Made by a program: the position numbers and the translations under genes. The notes under the pieces were generated by a model. That model saw nothing but the letters and a program-made list of their open reading frames with translations. It was not told where the DNA came from and searched no databases. This document shows, in pieces, positions 10,994 to 21,968 of a stretch of DNA of 32,000 bases. Each line of letters begins with the position of its first letter. Position 1 is the stretch's first letter. Source of the stretch: Adineta steineri (taxonomy: Eukaryota); NCBI GenBank assembly GCA_905250115.1, contig CAJNOI010000100.1:285568-317567 (forward strand), in the 5' to 3' direction.

Positions 10994-12605
10994 GATGATC
11001 AATGAGGGTGAAATTACAGGAGTTCTGATATTAACTGAAAAGAAAAAATAGAACTTGTATAGAAAAAGTATTAGCAAATGAAGAAAAGTAGAGATAATTT
11101 TTCTTTTAGCTTCACCTCACAACCACTTTAGTTATATCGTTTTCGCTTCGAAAATAATTCAAGCTATTAACAATTATTTAATAAGCGCAAATTTACTTAC
11201 CTAGGGAAAGGTTGGGATAGCATTATTAACGTGCATGTATATATATATAGTGGCCTGTAAGCTTAGGAAAACGGAAAACATGAGTTATAAATTATATATA
11301 TAATTAACATACAATATTTTCCTGGATTTACAGAATCATGTCGATCCATATATGACTCATAAACTCTATCTAACTTAATCTTTTTCTGTTTTTCTCAAGT
11401 CACACACTATTCTATATTTAACGTATGATTTATGCCTCATATCGGAGTAAAACTTTATCTTTTTCTTTTCCTTTTTCCTGTCAGACTCTCAAAAGCATAC
11501 TGCTCCATATGTGATTTATAAATTATATAGAAATGCACGTATGGATTAGTGACTATATCAAAGTAAAATCTGATTTTCTCATTTGTTGTATGATTAATGG
11601 TAATTTCTTCATATTTTTTAAGTTATTTTTGATTTAATATTATAGAGTGGATATAAATATGATAGACATCAATATTCGTACGACGTACACGTTTTCTTGC
11701 AATCAATTCGGCACACTCGATACTCTGATAACCAAGAGGGAAACAGTAGACTTTTGGACTTCAAATTATTCTGAGCTACTTCAAGTCTGCTGTTTCTTTC
11801 TGATGCTGATAACATACATCATATTGACAATAACTTTCATTGGAAGTTTCATTTAAACATTGAACAGACATATATTTAGTGTATAGTATTGCAAATTAAC
11901 AGATAGGTGTATCATCATTTGTTTTCCAGAAAGAAGGATGAATACTATTCACTTATGCAACACATTATTTATAAATATTCGTTTACGAGATTTATTGACC
12001 TCCTCCAGGAGTTTCTCTCGACTGTATCTATTTGTTGTTTGTATGTCACTTATAGAAGTAAAAAGAAAAAGTTGCTTTTTTTATATTCAAAAACAAGAAT
12101 AAATGCCTGCACTACAAGCAAAAAAACAATTCTTTTCTTTATCTGCGTGCTGACAACTGCTACGTCGCCTTATTTTCCTATGTCTCTCGCGATAACTATC
12201 AAGACTGTAGACATCAATTTTTTTTTCTTACAAAGGTTGGTTCTTTGATTTTTATTCTGAAAAGATAAACAATTTCATTGCCGTGGGCTTGTCAGTTTTG
12301 ATAAAACAGTAAAAGATATAATAGAGTTCATTTCTTTGAAAAATATTTAAAAAAACGTTTTGTGTTTGTGTCTCATTTTCATTACCACCATAGACGAATG
12401 TCATGAGAGCTATTCGGCATAGAATCAACATGGCGTATTTTTTTTGATTGAAGTACAGCCTTCGGTTTGGGTCATGTCTATCCATACCCACACCCGCCCT
12501 ACGAATGATACCAATATTCATAAAATTCATTCACATATAATTTATCTAAAAGGCGATACAACAGTAGTTATCAAACACCTTTATAGGATGCGAGAACGTC
12601 AATGT

Positions 12606-13538
12606 TTACGGTGTAACTGTTTGAATGTGTCGTTGACAACATGGAAATAATTTTGAAATCCTTTTTTTAAGTTGAGGCATTGATCCAGCACATACAAAAG
12701 GTAATAAAAGATTGCCATAATATGCAAAGAATTCAGCATATGACATAAAATCTTTGCCAACATAGTTTGGAATACCACAAAGATGAAGTAATTCAATTAA
12801 CATTTTTGGCATGTATATAAAAAGATAAAGAAGTGAAATTGATAATAAATGAATAGTCATTTTTCGATGAGTTCGCCAATGAATTGTTTGATGCATTCGA
12901 CTTTTTTGATAAATAACACGTAAAAGAAGAGTAAGACTACAGATTATAATAGTCATTGTTGGAATAATATCATTCACAATGACATCCCACATTGCAGTTA
13001 ATCGAACATGATAATAACAAGGAAAAGAACCACATACAATTTTAGTATAATCAAAATTATTTTTACATGGTGGAATGAGAACTACAATAATACTGTAAAA
13101 GATACAATAAAGAAGAAGTAAAAGAATTGGTAAACAATGAATAAATAGAAATTTATATCTAGTTGATACTAATCGATCATGAAAAATAAGAATATGTCGT
13201 TCAAATGTTGCCCAAGCAAAGAGAAGTGTTATTGTAATATAGAATGCTTCATCAATAAAAAGCCAAATAAGACAAAAAGAATAAGTTTGTGGCCAAACAT
13301 ATCCTAAACGGTAATAATTGAGAATCCAAATAAAACTTGTTACTTCAACAATCAGATTAATGAAAAGAAGAATAATAATAACATGATTATGAGGAGCTTG
13401 TCGTAATGTTCGATCGAATAGAAAATGATATAAAACGAAGAAAGAACAAATGACGGATGGAATATAAAAGAGAAGAATAATCCAAAATCGAACTATATAG
13501 GGAATGGCTATTTCACTCGATATATTATATAACATCAT
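12606..13538 (-). CDS. Seven-transmembrane receptor (rhodopsin-like GPCR, orphan)
   Basis: 310-aa uninterrupted ORF with seven hydrophobic segments, beginning MMLYNISSEIAIPYIVRFWIILLFYIPSVICSFFVLYHFLF. Conserved-style Cys in the second extracellular loop (CGSFPCYYHVR) and a short cytoplasmic tail after TM7 (YYGNLLLPFVCAGSMPQLKKRISKLF). Confidence 0.8.
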   Translation of the reverse strand: MMLYNISSEIAIPYIVRFWIILLFYIPSVICSFFVLYHFLFDRTLRQAPHNHVIIILLFINLIVEVTSFIWILNYYRLGYVWPQTYSFCLIWLFIDEAFYITITLLFAWATFERHILIFHDRLVSTRYKFLFIHCLPILLLLLYCIFYSIIVVLIPPCKNNFDYTKIVCGSFPCYYHVRLTAMWDVIVNDIIPTMTIIICSLTLLLRVIYQKSRMHQTIHWRTHRKMTIHLLSISLLYLFIYMPKMLIELLHLCGIPNYVGKDFMSYAEFFAYYGNLLLPFVCAGSMPQLKKRISKLFPCCQRHIQTVTP

Positions 13539-15020
13539 TTTTTATCTAAAGTTATAAAGTAGATTAAATATAAATACAAAAAGAAAATCTTGATGGTGAG
13601 GGTGTAGATTTGAGAGAAGATAGACACTTAAGCTTACACATTCAAGATCAGGAGTAAGTCTTTTGATTCCAAAGATACGAGGGTTATCTGGAACCTGAAA
13701 AACAAGTTCTATTCGATATGCGATTGATCGCAGGGGAAGTTTTCTTGAGTTTAATTCATTTTAGATTTTGTTCATTATCAATGGCAATAGGTGATATCAT
13801 AGAATAAAACATCAATTTCATATTAAGTAATTCTAACGAAAAATGTAGATGAGTAATAGTATTACTTGTTGTCTGTCAAAGCTAAAAAGAGGTTAGGAAA
13901 TTATCTACGTGATAATTCTCCAATGATCACAAAAATCATCCACTGAACGATGAAAGTTAACTACTTGGATTACATTTCATCGTTTAACTTACTAATCCAT
14001 TTTTCATTGATTTCAGAATACATGGTTTTTGTTAGAACGCTTCTAAAAGTCACAGAATCTATCAGTTTTGTTTTTCCTTATAGTGAAAAGAGAAAAAGTG
14101 AAGTAATAGAAAAGACACGTAGAATTTTCTATTGTCAATATTAACTGTGTCGAATTACTTATTTGCATTAACGTTTTTTGTTTCTTTATATTGTATACAA
14201 AAGATTTTTCTTAATATATATTTGAAATTATTTTTAAGTTTTTCTTCATTTTACAATTTCCTTTTGCAAAAAAAGTGTGAATGAATGCTTTTTGATAGTT
14301 AAATCATTTAAAACAATATCTAGTTTCTCCTTTAATTAGTTTCGGTCTACTAATCTTTCTTATTTGAATATCCGATCACTTTGTAAAGAAAGACAAAAAA
14401 AATCAACATTTACATAAATTACACAAAGAGATTATTTTCAATATGTGAAAAGTTATTAGACTCAACGCCTATCCATATAAATTACTTGATTTTAAAAAAA
14501 AGTAAACTATTACAATATTGTCTCATTATTATTTATCCAAACTTTAGAGAGATATCAATTATTTGTCTGAGTTTTAGACTATTTTAATGTCATCCGGACA
14601 TTCTTTATTAAAAAGTCTAATAAAGTTTAGGCGAATAAAATATATGTATATCGATCACGTGGCTAACTCTTTTAGAGAAGCAATTTTTGAGATAAAATTG
14701 TGTCTGATACACAAGAAAGAAATGCGTACAAACACGTTCGGAAATATAATTGCGTCCCAACACATTAAATGTTTTTCAGAAGGTTTTTTGAGACGGACAC
14801 AATTTCTTTTCCGGCTGCGTTTTTAATTACATGGGTAGGAGCTTAGTCATCCCTCTCCATTATTTGATTACGCTTCTACATTTTGCATTAATATTGTGTA
14901 TGCATGCGTGACACAAATATTGTATCACGATATTTAGAATTTAATGCACAGAATTATTAAAACATCGCAAATGTATGTTGAGCTTAATTACATTCAAATA
15001 AAAATATTTTAACTTATCTA

Positions 15021-16016
15021 ATGTCAACATTAGCCGAGCAACTTCAAAATATTTTGCTTAATATTAGTCAATATTATCTAATTCCAATATTTATTATTGG
15101 TATTTTCGGTAATATTTTCAATGGAATTGTTTTCTCTTGGAGTACATTACGAAATAATAGATGTTCATTGTATTTTATAATTGCTTCGATGGCTCAATTA
15201 TTTGTATTAATTTTTGGTTGTCTCTTTCGAATTATAGTTTCATTAACTGGATTCGATTTAAATGTATCATCATTATTCATCTGTAAATTTCGTACATATT
15301 TATTTGTTAATGGAATTATTCTCTCTCGTCATTTTCTATGTTTAATATCAATCGATCGATGGATGGTAACTTCAACAAATGTTTCAATTCGTAATTTGAG
15401 TACTCTTAGAATGACTCGATTATTAACAATAATTAGTACAATTATTTGGCTTTTGTTTAATATTCATTTACTTATTGGATTTCATATTGAACATAATAGT
15501 TGTACTGGAAATTCCGAAACATTCTATTTATCATTTTTTACATTTTTTAGTTTAATCGTTTCATTGGCACCATTAATTATTCTCATGATATTTACAACAC
15601 TTACATTAAGAAATATAACAAATGGTAGATTAATGAGACGTCGTAATCAAAAGAATCAATTGCTACGACTAAGTATGATTCAAATAATTGTTTATATTCT
15701 ATCAAATATACCTAATACAATATACAGTGTATATGCATCAATAACAGCAAATTATAATAAAACTAATGATCAAATAGTTACGGATGGTTTTATGAATTTA
15801 ATGACATCCAATCTCTTATATACATATTGTGCAGTAAGGGAAAATTCATGAAAATAAACTAAATTTTGATGTTAATATTGTTTATTTTTCTTTTTGTAGG
15901 TAATCTTCTTTTTATACACATTGGTATCGGTAACATTTCGAAAAGAATGTTGGTCAATCTGTCGTCGATTCCAGAAAAAGATTAGAACAATTTATCGTGG
16001 TTCACAACAATTATAA
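15021..16016 (+). CDS. Rhodopsin-like GPCR, two exons: join(15021..15833,15900..16016), 309 aa
   Basis: Exon 1 covers TM1 to the start of TM7 (IPIFIIGIFGNIFNGIVF...NLLYTYCA). A 66-bp intron (GTAAGG...TTTTTGTAG) precedes an in-phase exon 2, VIFFLYTLVSVTFRKECWSICRRFQKKIRTIYRGSQQL*. The ORF-track end at 15851 is intron read-through. Confidence 0.88.
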
Positions 16017-16147
16017 GCATATAAATTTATAACTTTATTTTATTTTTCATTCAATAAACGAATAGGATGTAGATAAATAAATAAAGTGATTACATATGTA
16101 ATTATTGATTTTTATCAAGATGTCTCTATGATATCATTAATCTTGAA

Positions 16148-16260
16148 GGATGGGTGGGTGTAGAATAAAGCCCTATACCTGCACTCACGCTCTCACATTG
16201 TAGATTTTGGTCTTATCTTCATCACCACACACGTACAGTCATACACTCTCATCCGACATT
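16148..16260. repeat. Degenerate telomere-like G-arm/C-arm element
   Basis: GGATGGGTGGGTGTAG on the left; CACCACACACG and CATACACTCTCATCC on the right. Confidence 0.35.
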
Positions 16261-16326
16261 AGTAATCCAACCAGCAATTAGCATAAAATCGTTTATTAAG
16301 AATCAAAAACGTGTAATGAAAAACAA

Positions 16327-17110
16327 ATTATTTGATTCGATTGTCCTGCTCTGTTAATTCTTGGCAAACAGTTGAAGAAGTGTTATTATTACCGATCGCC
16401 AAGGTCTTGAGTGTCTATGAGTAGAGAAAAAGATGAATATGAGAGAGATAAAATAGGATGGCAATCACCTTATTATGTCGTAAGGCATCAGCGAGATATT
16501 GCGCCCCCGCATCTCCGATATTATTATCGTAAAGGATGAGGGTCGTGAGTGTCTATGTATAGAAAAGAAGATGAATATAAGAAAAATGAAAATAGAATAA
16601 GATTCACCTTATTATTCCGCAAGGCATCAGCGAGATATTGTGCCTCAACATCTCCGATTTTATTGTAAATAAGATTCAGTGTGGTTAGTGTCTATGTGTA
16701 GAAAAGAGAATAAATATGAAAGAGATAAAAATGGCATGAGAACCACCTTATTATTCCATAAGGCATCAGCGAGATGTTGTGCCCCAACAGCTTCGACATG
16801 ATTGTTCCTAAGGTTCAGTGTGGTGAGTGTCTATGTATAGGAAAGAAGAGGAATATGAAAGAGATAAAAATGGCATGAGAATCACCTCGTTATTCCGTAA
16901 GACTTCAGCTAGATGTTGAGCTCCATCAGGGCCGATGTCATTGTGGATCAGGTTCAGTGTGGTTAGTGTCTATATGTAGAGAACAAGATGAATACAAGAA
17001 AGATAAAAATAGGATGAGAATTACCCTGTTATTTCTTAAACCAGCAGCAAGATGTTGTGCCCCAACATCTCTGATTTGATCGTCAACAAGATTCAATGTA
17101 GTGCGGAGTA
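16327..17110 (-). CDS. Ribonuclease-inhibitor/NLRC3-type leucine-rich-repeat gene, 3' part: complement(join(16327..16413,16468..16551,16607..16690,16746..16829,16885..16968,17024..17110))
   Basis: Six consecutive phase-0 exons of 84-87 bp each encode one LRR, e.g. TLTTLNLIHNDIGPDGAQHLAEVLRNNE, TLTTLNLRNNHVEAVGAQHLADALWNNK, TLTTLNLIYNKIGDVEAQYLADALRNNK, TLTTLILYDNNIGDAGAQYLADALRHNK. The terminal exon is TLKTLAIGNNNTSSTVCQELTEQDNRIK*. Introns are 54-55 bp (GT...ATAG) and similar to each other. Confidence 0.85.
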
Positions 17111-17147
17111 TCTATGTGTAGAGAAGATAAAAATAGTATGAGTATCA

Positions 17148-17220
17148 CGCTGTTGTTTCACAATGTGTAAGGAATATGTTGTGTACCAGCATCTCGAACA
17201 TTATTTTGTAAGTTTTTTTG
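17148..17220 (-). pseudogene. Decayed upstream LRR exon of the same locus
   Basis: The minus strand reads NLQNNVRDAGTQHIPYTL*NNS followed by a GTGATACTC donor. TGA at 17157-17159 sits where the other exons have CGG/CGA (Arg) or TGG (Trp). Confidence 0.7.
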
Positions 17221-18370
17221 GGAATCGTTACAACTTATATAGTATCTTTGTAGTTTATATGATTATTTGGAATTATAAACAGTTTTTAAAAATTTCGTAT
17301 CTGTTTTAGAATACATTTGGTACAAGGGGACCATTTTGCCGAGCACTGCATTAGGTGATTAGAAGGAGTAGAACGTTACTATTATTTGCTTTTCATGAAG
17401 TCAAGGTGATTAAAAAATCTAAGCATAAGTTGCAAGAGAAATATTTTTCTGCTTGCGGTGTTGACACAATATGGCATTATTTGAATCGTTTACGCAAAGA
17501 AAGCCACGTTAATTCTTTTTTTGGCTTGAACAACAACATGTTTTCTGCATATTAGAGTAGGAAAATACCCTTGTTGAACCCCTGATTATTTGGAAAAAAT
17601 AGTATGGGAAAATAATTTCTTTCATATCGACAACCTTGTGAAATTTGGAATTTACATAAGATAGAATTTCTATACAAAATATAAGATGAAAATGGTTTGT
17701 AGAAACTACGTAAAATGTCTTTGAATTAAATTGTTTTAAAAACTGAAGATCCGCGCCCTAGACTACTCCGCTCATATATAAGGTCGACCACAATTTATCA
17801 AAGATTTGTAATTTATGATAAAGCCAGAAACATCCAACTTTGTAAAAAGGTATACAACTCATTCTTACCCACAGCTACCCTCAACAGAACTTTTCAGTAT
17901 AATCGTTATACGACAAATAATGTGAAACAAGATGGAGCTATTTTGACTACGAGAAAGAAAGGCATTGACATCTACTGCAGTGTTTTCACAAACAAATAAG
18001 GAACAATATAGAAAACCCTTTCAAATCATAGCAGACATGCTGAAAAGCATCGACAAAGGCTGCTGCAGCTCATAAGTCTAATGAAAAGTTAACAAATAAT
18101 CATGAAAGACATTGAACAACTAAAAGTCATAAAAATTGATCGGAACCCATATAGCATTTTATGTCAGCTTCTTGGATACTTCTCAGCGATACGTTTCTAT
18201 CAGAACTTCCATGCTTGTTAACTGAAGTTTTAGCTCAAACGAATGGAAAATTGTTCATAAATCATTGAAATCTGCCTACAACGATATCCTCATGGTAAGG
18301 GTTACTCAATGACCTCATTCAAATGAAAGACTATTTGTTTCAAAAAAATGAAACAAACTCAATTCTTCCA

Positions 18371-19429
18371 TTAATAAATTTTATTACATACCTTGTCTGT
18401 AATATTATCAACCATTTCATTTAGCGGTCGTTGAATCAGATGACAAGTGTTGTCTATCGACGATATCTCACATCTTAATGCACTTCCATTGTCATTAATG
18501 ATGCTAGGTATTGTATACAAGCATATCGCATGCGATTGTAGATAAGAAGTGCAGAACACAAACCAGTGTTTCTTGTCGAACCAGAATGGTGTTCGAAATT
18601 GATCAATGAGTGACTCGAGATTGATAAAGTCATTGTTTATGTGATAGCGATAAGAAAAGTAAAATTCAAATTGATCTAGGTAGGATAGGTTCGTATAAAT
18701 AAATCGTTCCCAATAGAAGCCATCAAAGACAGAATCGTACTGTTTTCTATCAGAAATCAGTTTTAGATAGCGAAGTGAAGATAATGGTGAAAGTAGTGAT
18801 TCCAAATGTTGAGGAGTAAGTGAACACTGTGTTATAGTTAAAGATTTTAATGTAAGGTGAAACATAGACGAAGATGACATTAAAGGCACTATCTTCTCAT
18901 CTATAGTACAGTTTTGTATGACCAGCGTTCGTAAATTTGGCAAATTATATAGAATAAGAAGATACTTGCTATAGGTACAATTAGCAATAACTAAATGCTC
19001 TAGTTTGCCTTGATCTGGCCATGATATATGTTTCGTCATGTAGTTCACGTTACTCAAGCATAATTTTCGAAGACTCCATCGAGTGAGTACATGTGAGACG
19101 ACAATCCATGCTTGATCATACTGATCATACATTGACTGGATAGAAAGTGAGACCAGAGAGTCAGTATTTAAACTTTGCAAAAGACCTTCTAAATCCTTGA
19201 CTTCTATTTGTCTGACAATTAATGAACGAAGTCGAGTAAACTTTACACTAGTGCATAATGAAAAAAATAATTTGGTTTCATTAAGACGCCAAGAATCATT
19301 AGTGTGGTGTGTGGGTGTGGGTGTGGGTGTGGGTGTGGATATTATATTGATCATACACCCACACCCACACTCATGAATTATCGTTGTAGTTCGAAACCAG
19401 TACTGAAGCTCACTTTTTAATTTATCCAA
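18371..19429 (-). CDS. F-box/LRR-like protein, C-terminal LRR part (N-terminal exon(s) unclear)
   Basis: 352-aa ORF with repeated LxxLxIxxC segments (LRSLIVRQIEVKDLEGLLQSL, LRKLCLSNVNYM, LEHLVIANCTYSKYLLILYNLPNLRTLVIQNCTI, LKSLTITQCSLTPQHLESLLSPLSSLRYLKLI). No F-box is seen. The first about 45 aa contain the translated telomere-like element (CGCGC...STPTPTPTPTHHT). Confidence 0.6.
   Translation of the reverse strand: MDKLKSELQYWFRTTTIIHECGCGCMINIISTPTPTPTPTHHTNDSWRLNETKLFFSLCTSVKFTRLRSLIVRQIEVKDLEGLLQSLNTDSLVSLSIQSMYDQYDQAWIVVSHVLTRWSLRKLCLSNVNYMTKHISWPDQGKLEHLVIANCTYSKYLLILYNLPNLRTLVIQNCTIDEKIVPLMSSSSMFHLTLKSLTITQCSLTPQHLESLLSPLSSLRYLKLISDRKQYDSVFDGFYWERFIYTNLSYLDQFEFYFSYRYHINNDFINLESLIDQFRTPFWFDKKHWFVFCTSYLQSHAICLYTIPSIINDNGSALRCEISSIDNTCHLIQRPLNEMVDNITDKVCNKIY
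19301..19372. repeat. Telomere-like G-arm/C-arm element inside the 18371-19429 ORF
   Basis: AGTGTGGTGTGTGGGTGTGGGTGTGGGTGTGGGTGTGG (about 4 perfect TGTGGG units), 13-16 bp spacer, CATACACCCACACCCACACTCATG. Length 72 bp, a multiple of 3. Confidence 0.9.
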
Positions 19430-19914
19430 TTCAACAATTGATCTGCTGTCTATTGATATATTAGATTGTACTCACCTTGTTAAACATGTTTCTGAGCCTT
19501 CCAAACATTTTTCGTCGAAAAAGAATCTAAAAATAGTCTTAAATTTGAATTAATTTCATGATTGATAAATAAAGCTTCGATGATGATTTCTTAGACATTA
19601 ATTGCGGCTGACTCTGCAATGTCTAAGAATACGTATGATCATATACTTTGTTTTTAATGCGTCTTCATATTTGAGAACATGCCGAGATAGTTACATCTTA
19701 AATAGAAGACTTTTTCTTATCGCACTGTTTGTTGAATGATGTATGCTTACATGACAGCATGTTGGAAAGACGTGATGATAACGAAAAATTCTCTTATCAA
19801 GCATTATTGTTTGAGAAAGAAGGCAAAGGGCAAGCGTAAGCACAAAACGAATGTTCACACTAAGAGAATAAAAAGTTACTATTGTATCATGTTGACCACG
19901 ACTGGTTGGATCTT

Positions 19915-19986
19915 GAGGGTGTGGGTGTGGGTGTTGCTGTGACTGTGTGTATGGGTACTCTCTCCTTTTTTCACCCACACCCACAA
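19915..19986. repeat. Telomere-like G-arm/C-arm element
   Basis: TTGAGGGTGTGGGTGTGGGTGTTG..., spacer, TTCACCCACACCCACAAG. Confidence 0.85.
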
Positions 19987-20801
19987 GGAAACTGTTATGT
20001 GATCTTGATTTGTTTCGAAGGACAATATAACTCATTTAAAATTTCTAATTCTGTTTATTTTAGAATATTTTATTAAATGTCTATATAAATATGATATATT
20101 CACTGTAAAACATAAGATAAACTATAGTGAACAAGAATGATTAATAAAAGTTTGAATATCGATTTTTTATAAAGTAGAATTTTTAACAAATTTTATATTT
20201 TATTATTGTTGTCAAATTTTCTAATAAAATAAAGAAGAAAATCTATTATAATCGATCCATATTGATATAAAAAATAAAACATAAGAATTTTTTCTATTCT
20301 CTGAAATATATTTTTCTAGTATATCATATCGAATGTAATATTATTGAATATTTGACTATTTTCTCAATGGAAAATATACTCTCATATTCGATACATAAAA
20401 CAAGAATTTTTAAAGTCATTAAGAAAAACAAAAAGTATTGTTCTTATAAAAATGATTCATTATTTGCAGTTTATTACAATTCTGTTGTATACTTTTGAGA
20501 AAAAAATTTTTTTTATTATAGGATCATCATTGAAGATTCACACGTTTTGAACATGTCTAATAATAAAAATAATAATTAAACTATTTTTTTTAGTAAAGAA
20601 ATATTAAATAAGTAATAAACGATACTTGTAGCATCTGACTTTATTAGTCTCTTTCATTTATTCTGTATTATTTGTATGTGAGTATTGTTTGTTATAATAA
20701 GAACTAAGACACAAAAGGTATTTTTCATTTTATAAATTCAAAATAATGATTGATGCTATACTAAATATAATCTAAGTATAATTATTTTCAATACTTTTCA
20801 G

Positions 20802-21101
20802 ATTAAATTATATAACTACTCACATCCACACCCAGACAAAGTCTTGGCTGCTGGAGGAGGTGATTTTGTAACATATATAAATCCTATTATGTGCGAATTG
20901 CATGATCCTAGTACTGGACAACAGAATAATACTTGCGAATTAAATTTTGGCCGTGCTTTTTATAAGGCTGTTCTAATAAACAATTATCCTCATTTTGATC
21001 AATTGCAAAAAAAATTTTTGTTTATCTGTGACTTCGATCATTCGAATATTTTAACTCTCTGCAAATCTGTATCAATTAAATACAAGGGAGAAGTAAAGTA
21101 G
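20802..21101 (+). CDS. Candidate terminal exon of an unidentified protein
   Basis: Open frame directly after an acceptor-like ATACTTTTCAG: IKLYNYSHPHPDKVLAAGGGDFVTYINPIMCELHDPSTGQQNNTCELNFGRAFYKAVLINNYPHFDQLQKKFLFICDFDHSNILTLCKSVSIKYKGEVK*. The composition looks protein-like within AT-rich flanks. No family recognised. Confidence 0.4.
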   Translation: MKLYNYSHPHPDKVLAAGGGDFVTYINPIMCELHDPSTGQQNNTCELNFGRAFYKAVLINNYPHFDQLQKKFLFICDFDHSNILTLCKSVSIKYKGEVK

Positions 21102-21968
21102 TTTAAGACTCTACGGAGCCTTGGATTCTTGAATTTCCTTCTTATTTAAATGCATGAATAGAAAAATTTGTTTAAAAACATATAAGATCATTTACAACTC
21201 ATCAGATTAGCCAATAACGATTATCGGTTCTCGAATTACCTGTTGTATTGATCTCTCTAACACGTTAAACAACAGCAGATGACCCTGCAACTCATTGAAC
21301 AAAGCATATTAGTACTTGGAGTGTCATATTGTGTATGGATCTTTTTTCTGTCAACCTCAATAATTTTCCGTTTTTATTTATTTTTCGGACATCATAAAGA
21401 ATAACTAGTACCTCTTGTTCGTATCATAGAACATATCTGTCTCCTTGACAAATTGGTCACTCTTTAAAATAAGATAAGTTTCAAGGTCTTCATTTTTTAT
21501 CATATCTTTAGTTACTGTTTCATTTGGTTTTACTCGTTCACTCCTTCACAGGTGTGTTATTTAATTTTACCTTCCTTTTTTTTCTTTCCACTCTCTATCT
21601 TTATTCTAAATACTCTTTTTTTTTTGAGATAATTAAAATTATTAGTTGACATATATTCTAATCAAGACTTTTCCTCCTCCTTCTATTTTAATCGTACGAT
21701 TGACGTCAAATACAAATGATAATTATATGTTACATTATGTAAATGCGTGAACAATCCGAACGTAACGTAAATGTAAATTATTGTGATAATCATTACTTCG
21801 TATTTGATTTCTTCTCTTTGACATAGAAGAAAAAAGAAACTGATTATTTCAAGTAGACTGAACATTTTTTTGCTTTATATATAAATGTTCCGACGTCAGT
21901 TATTCTGAGAATAAAATTAGATCGGCTTTTTTAATCTAAATTATTAAAGGTAACTTACAATTGAAGAA

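Noticed and set aside
16148-16560. Reading the 16.3-17.2 kb repeats as non-coding satellite DNA
   Set aside because: The 84-bp blocks translate on the minus strand into consistent LRRs with GT-AG boundaries, so they are exons.
17355-17555. 66-aa ORF downstream of the LRR array
   Set aside because: Short, no motif, and no splice context that would tie it to a gene.
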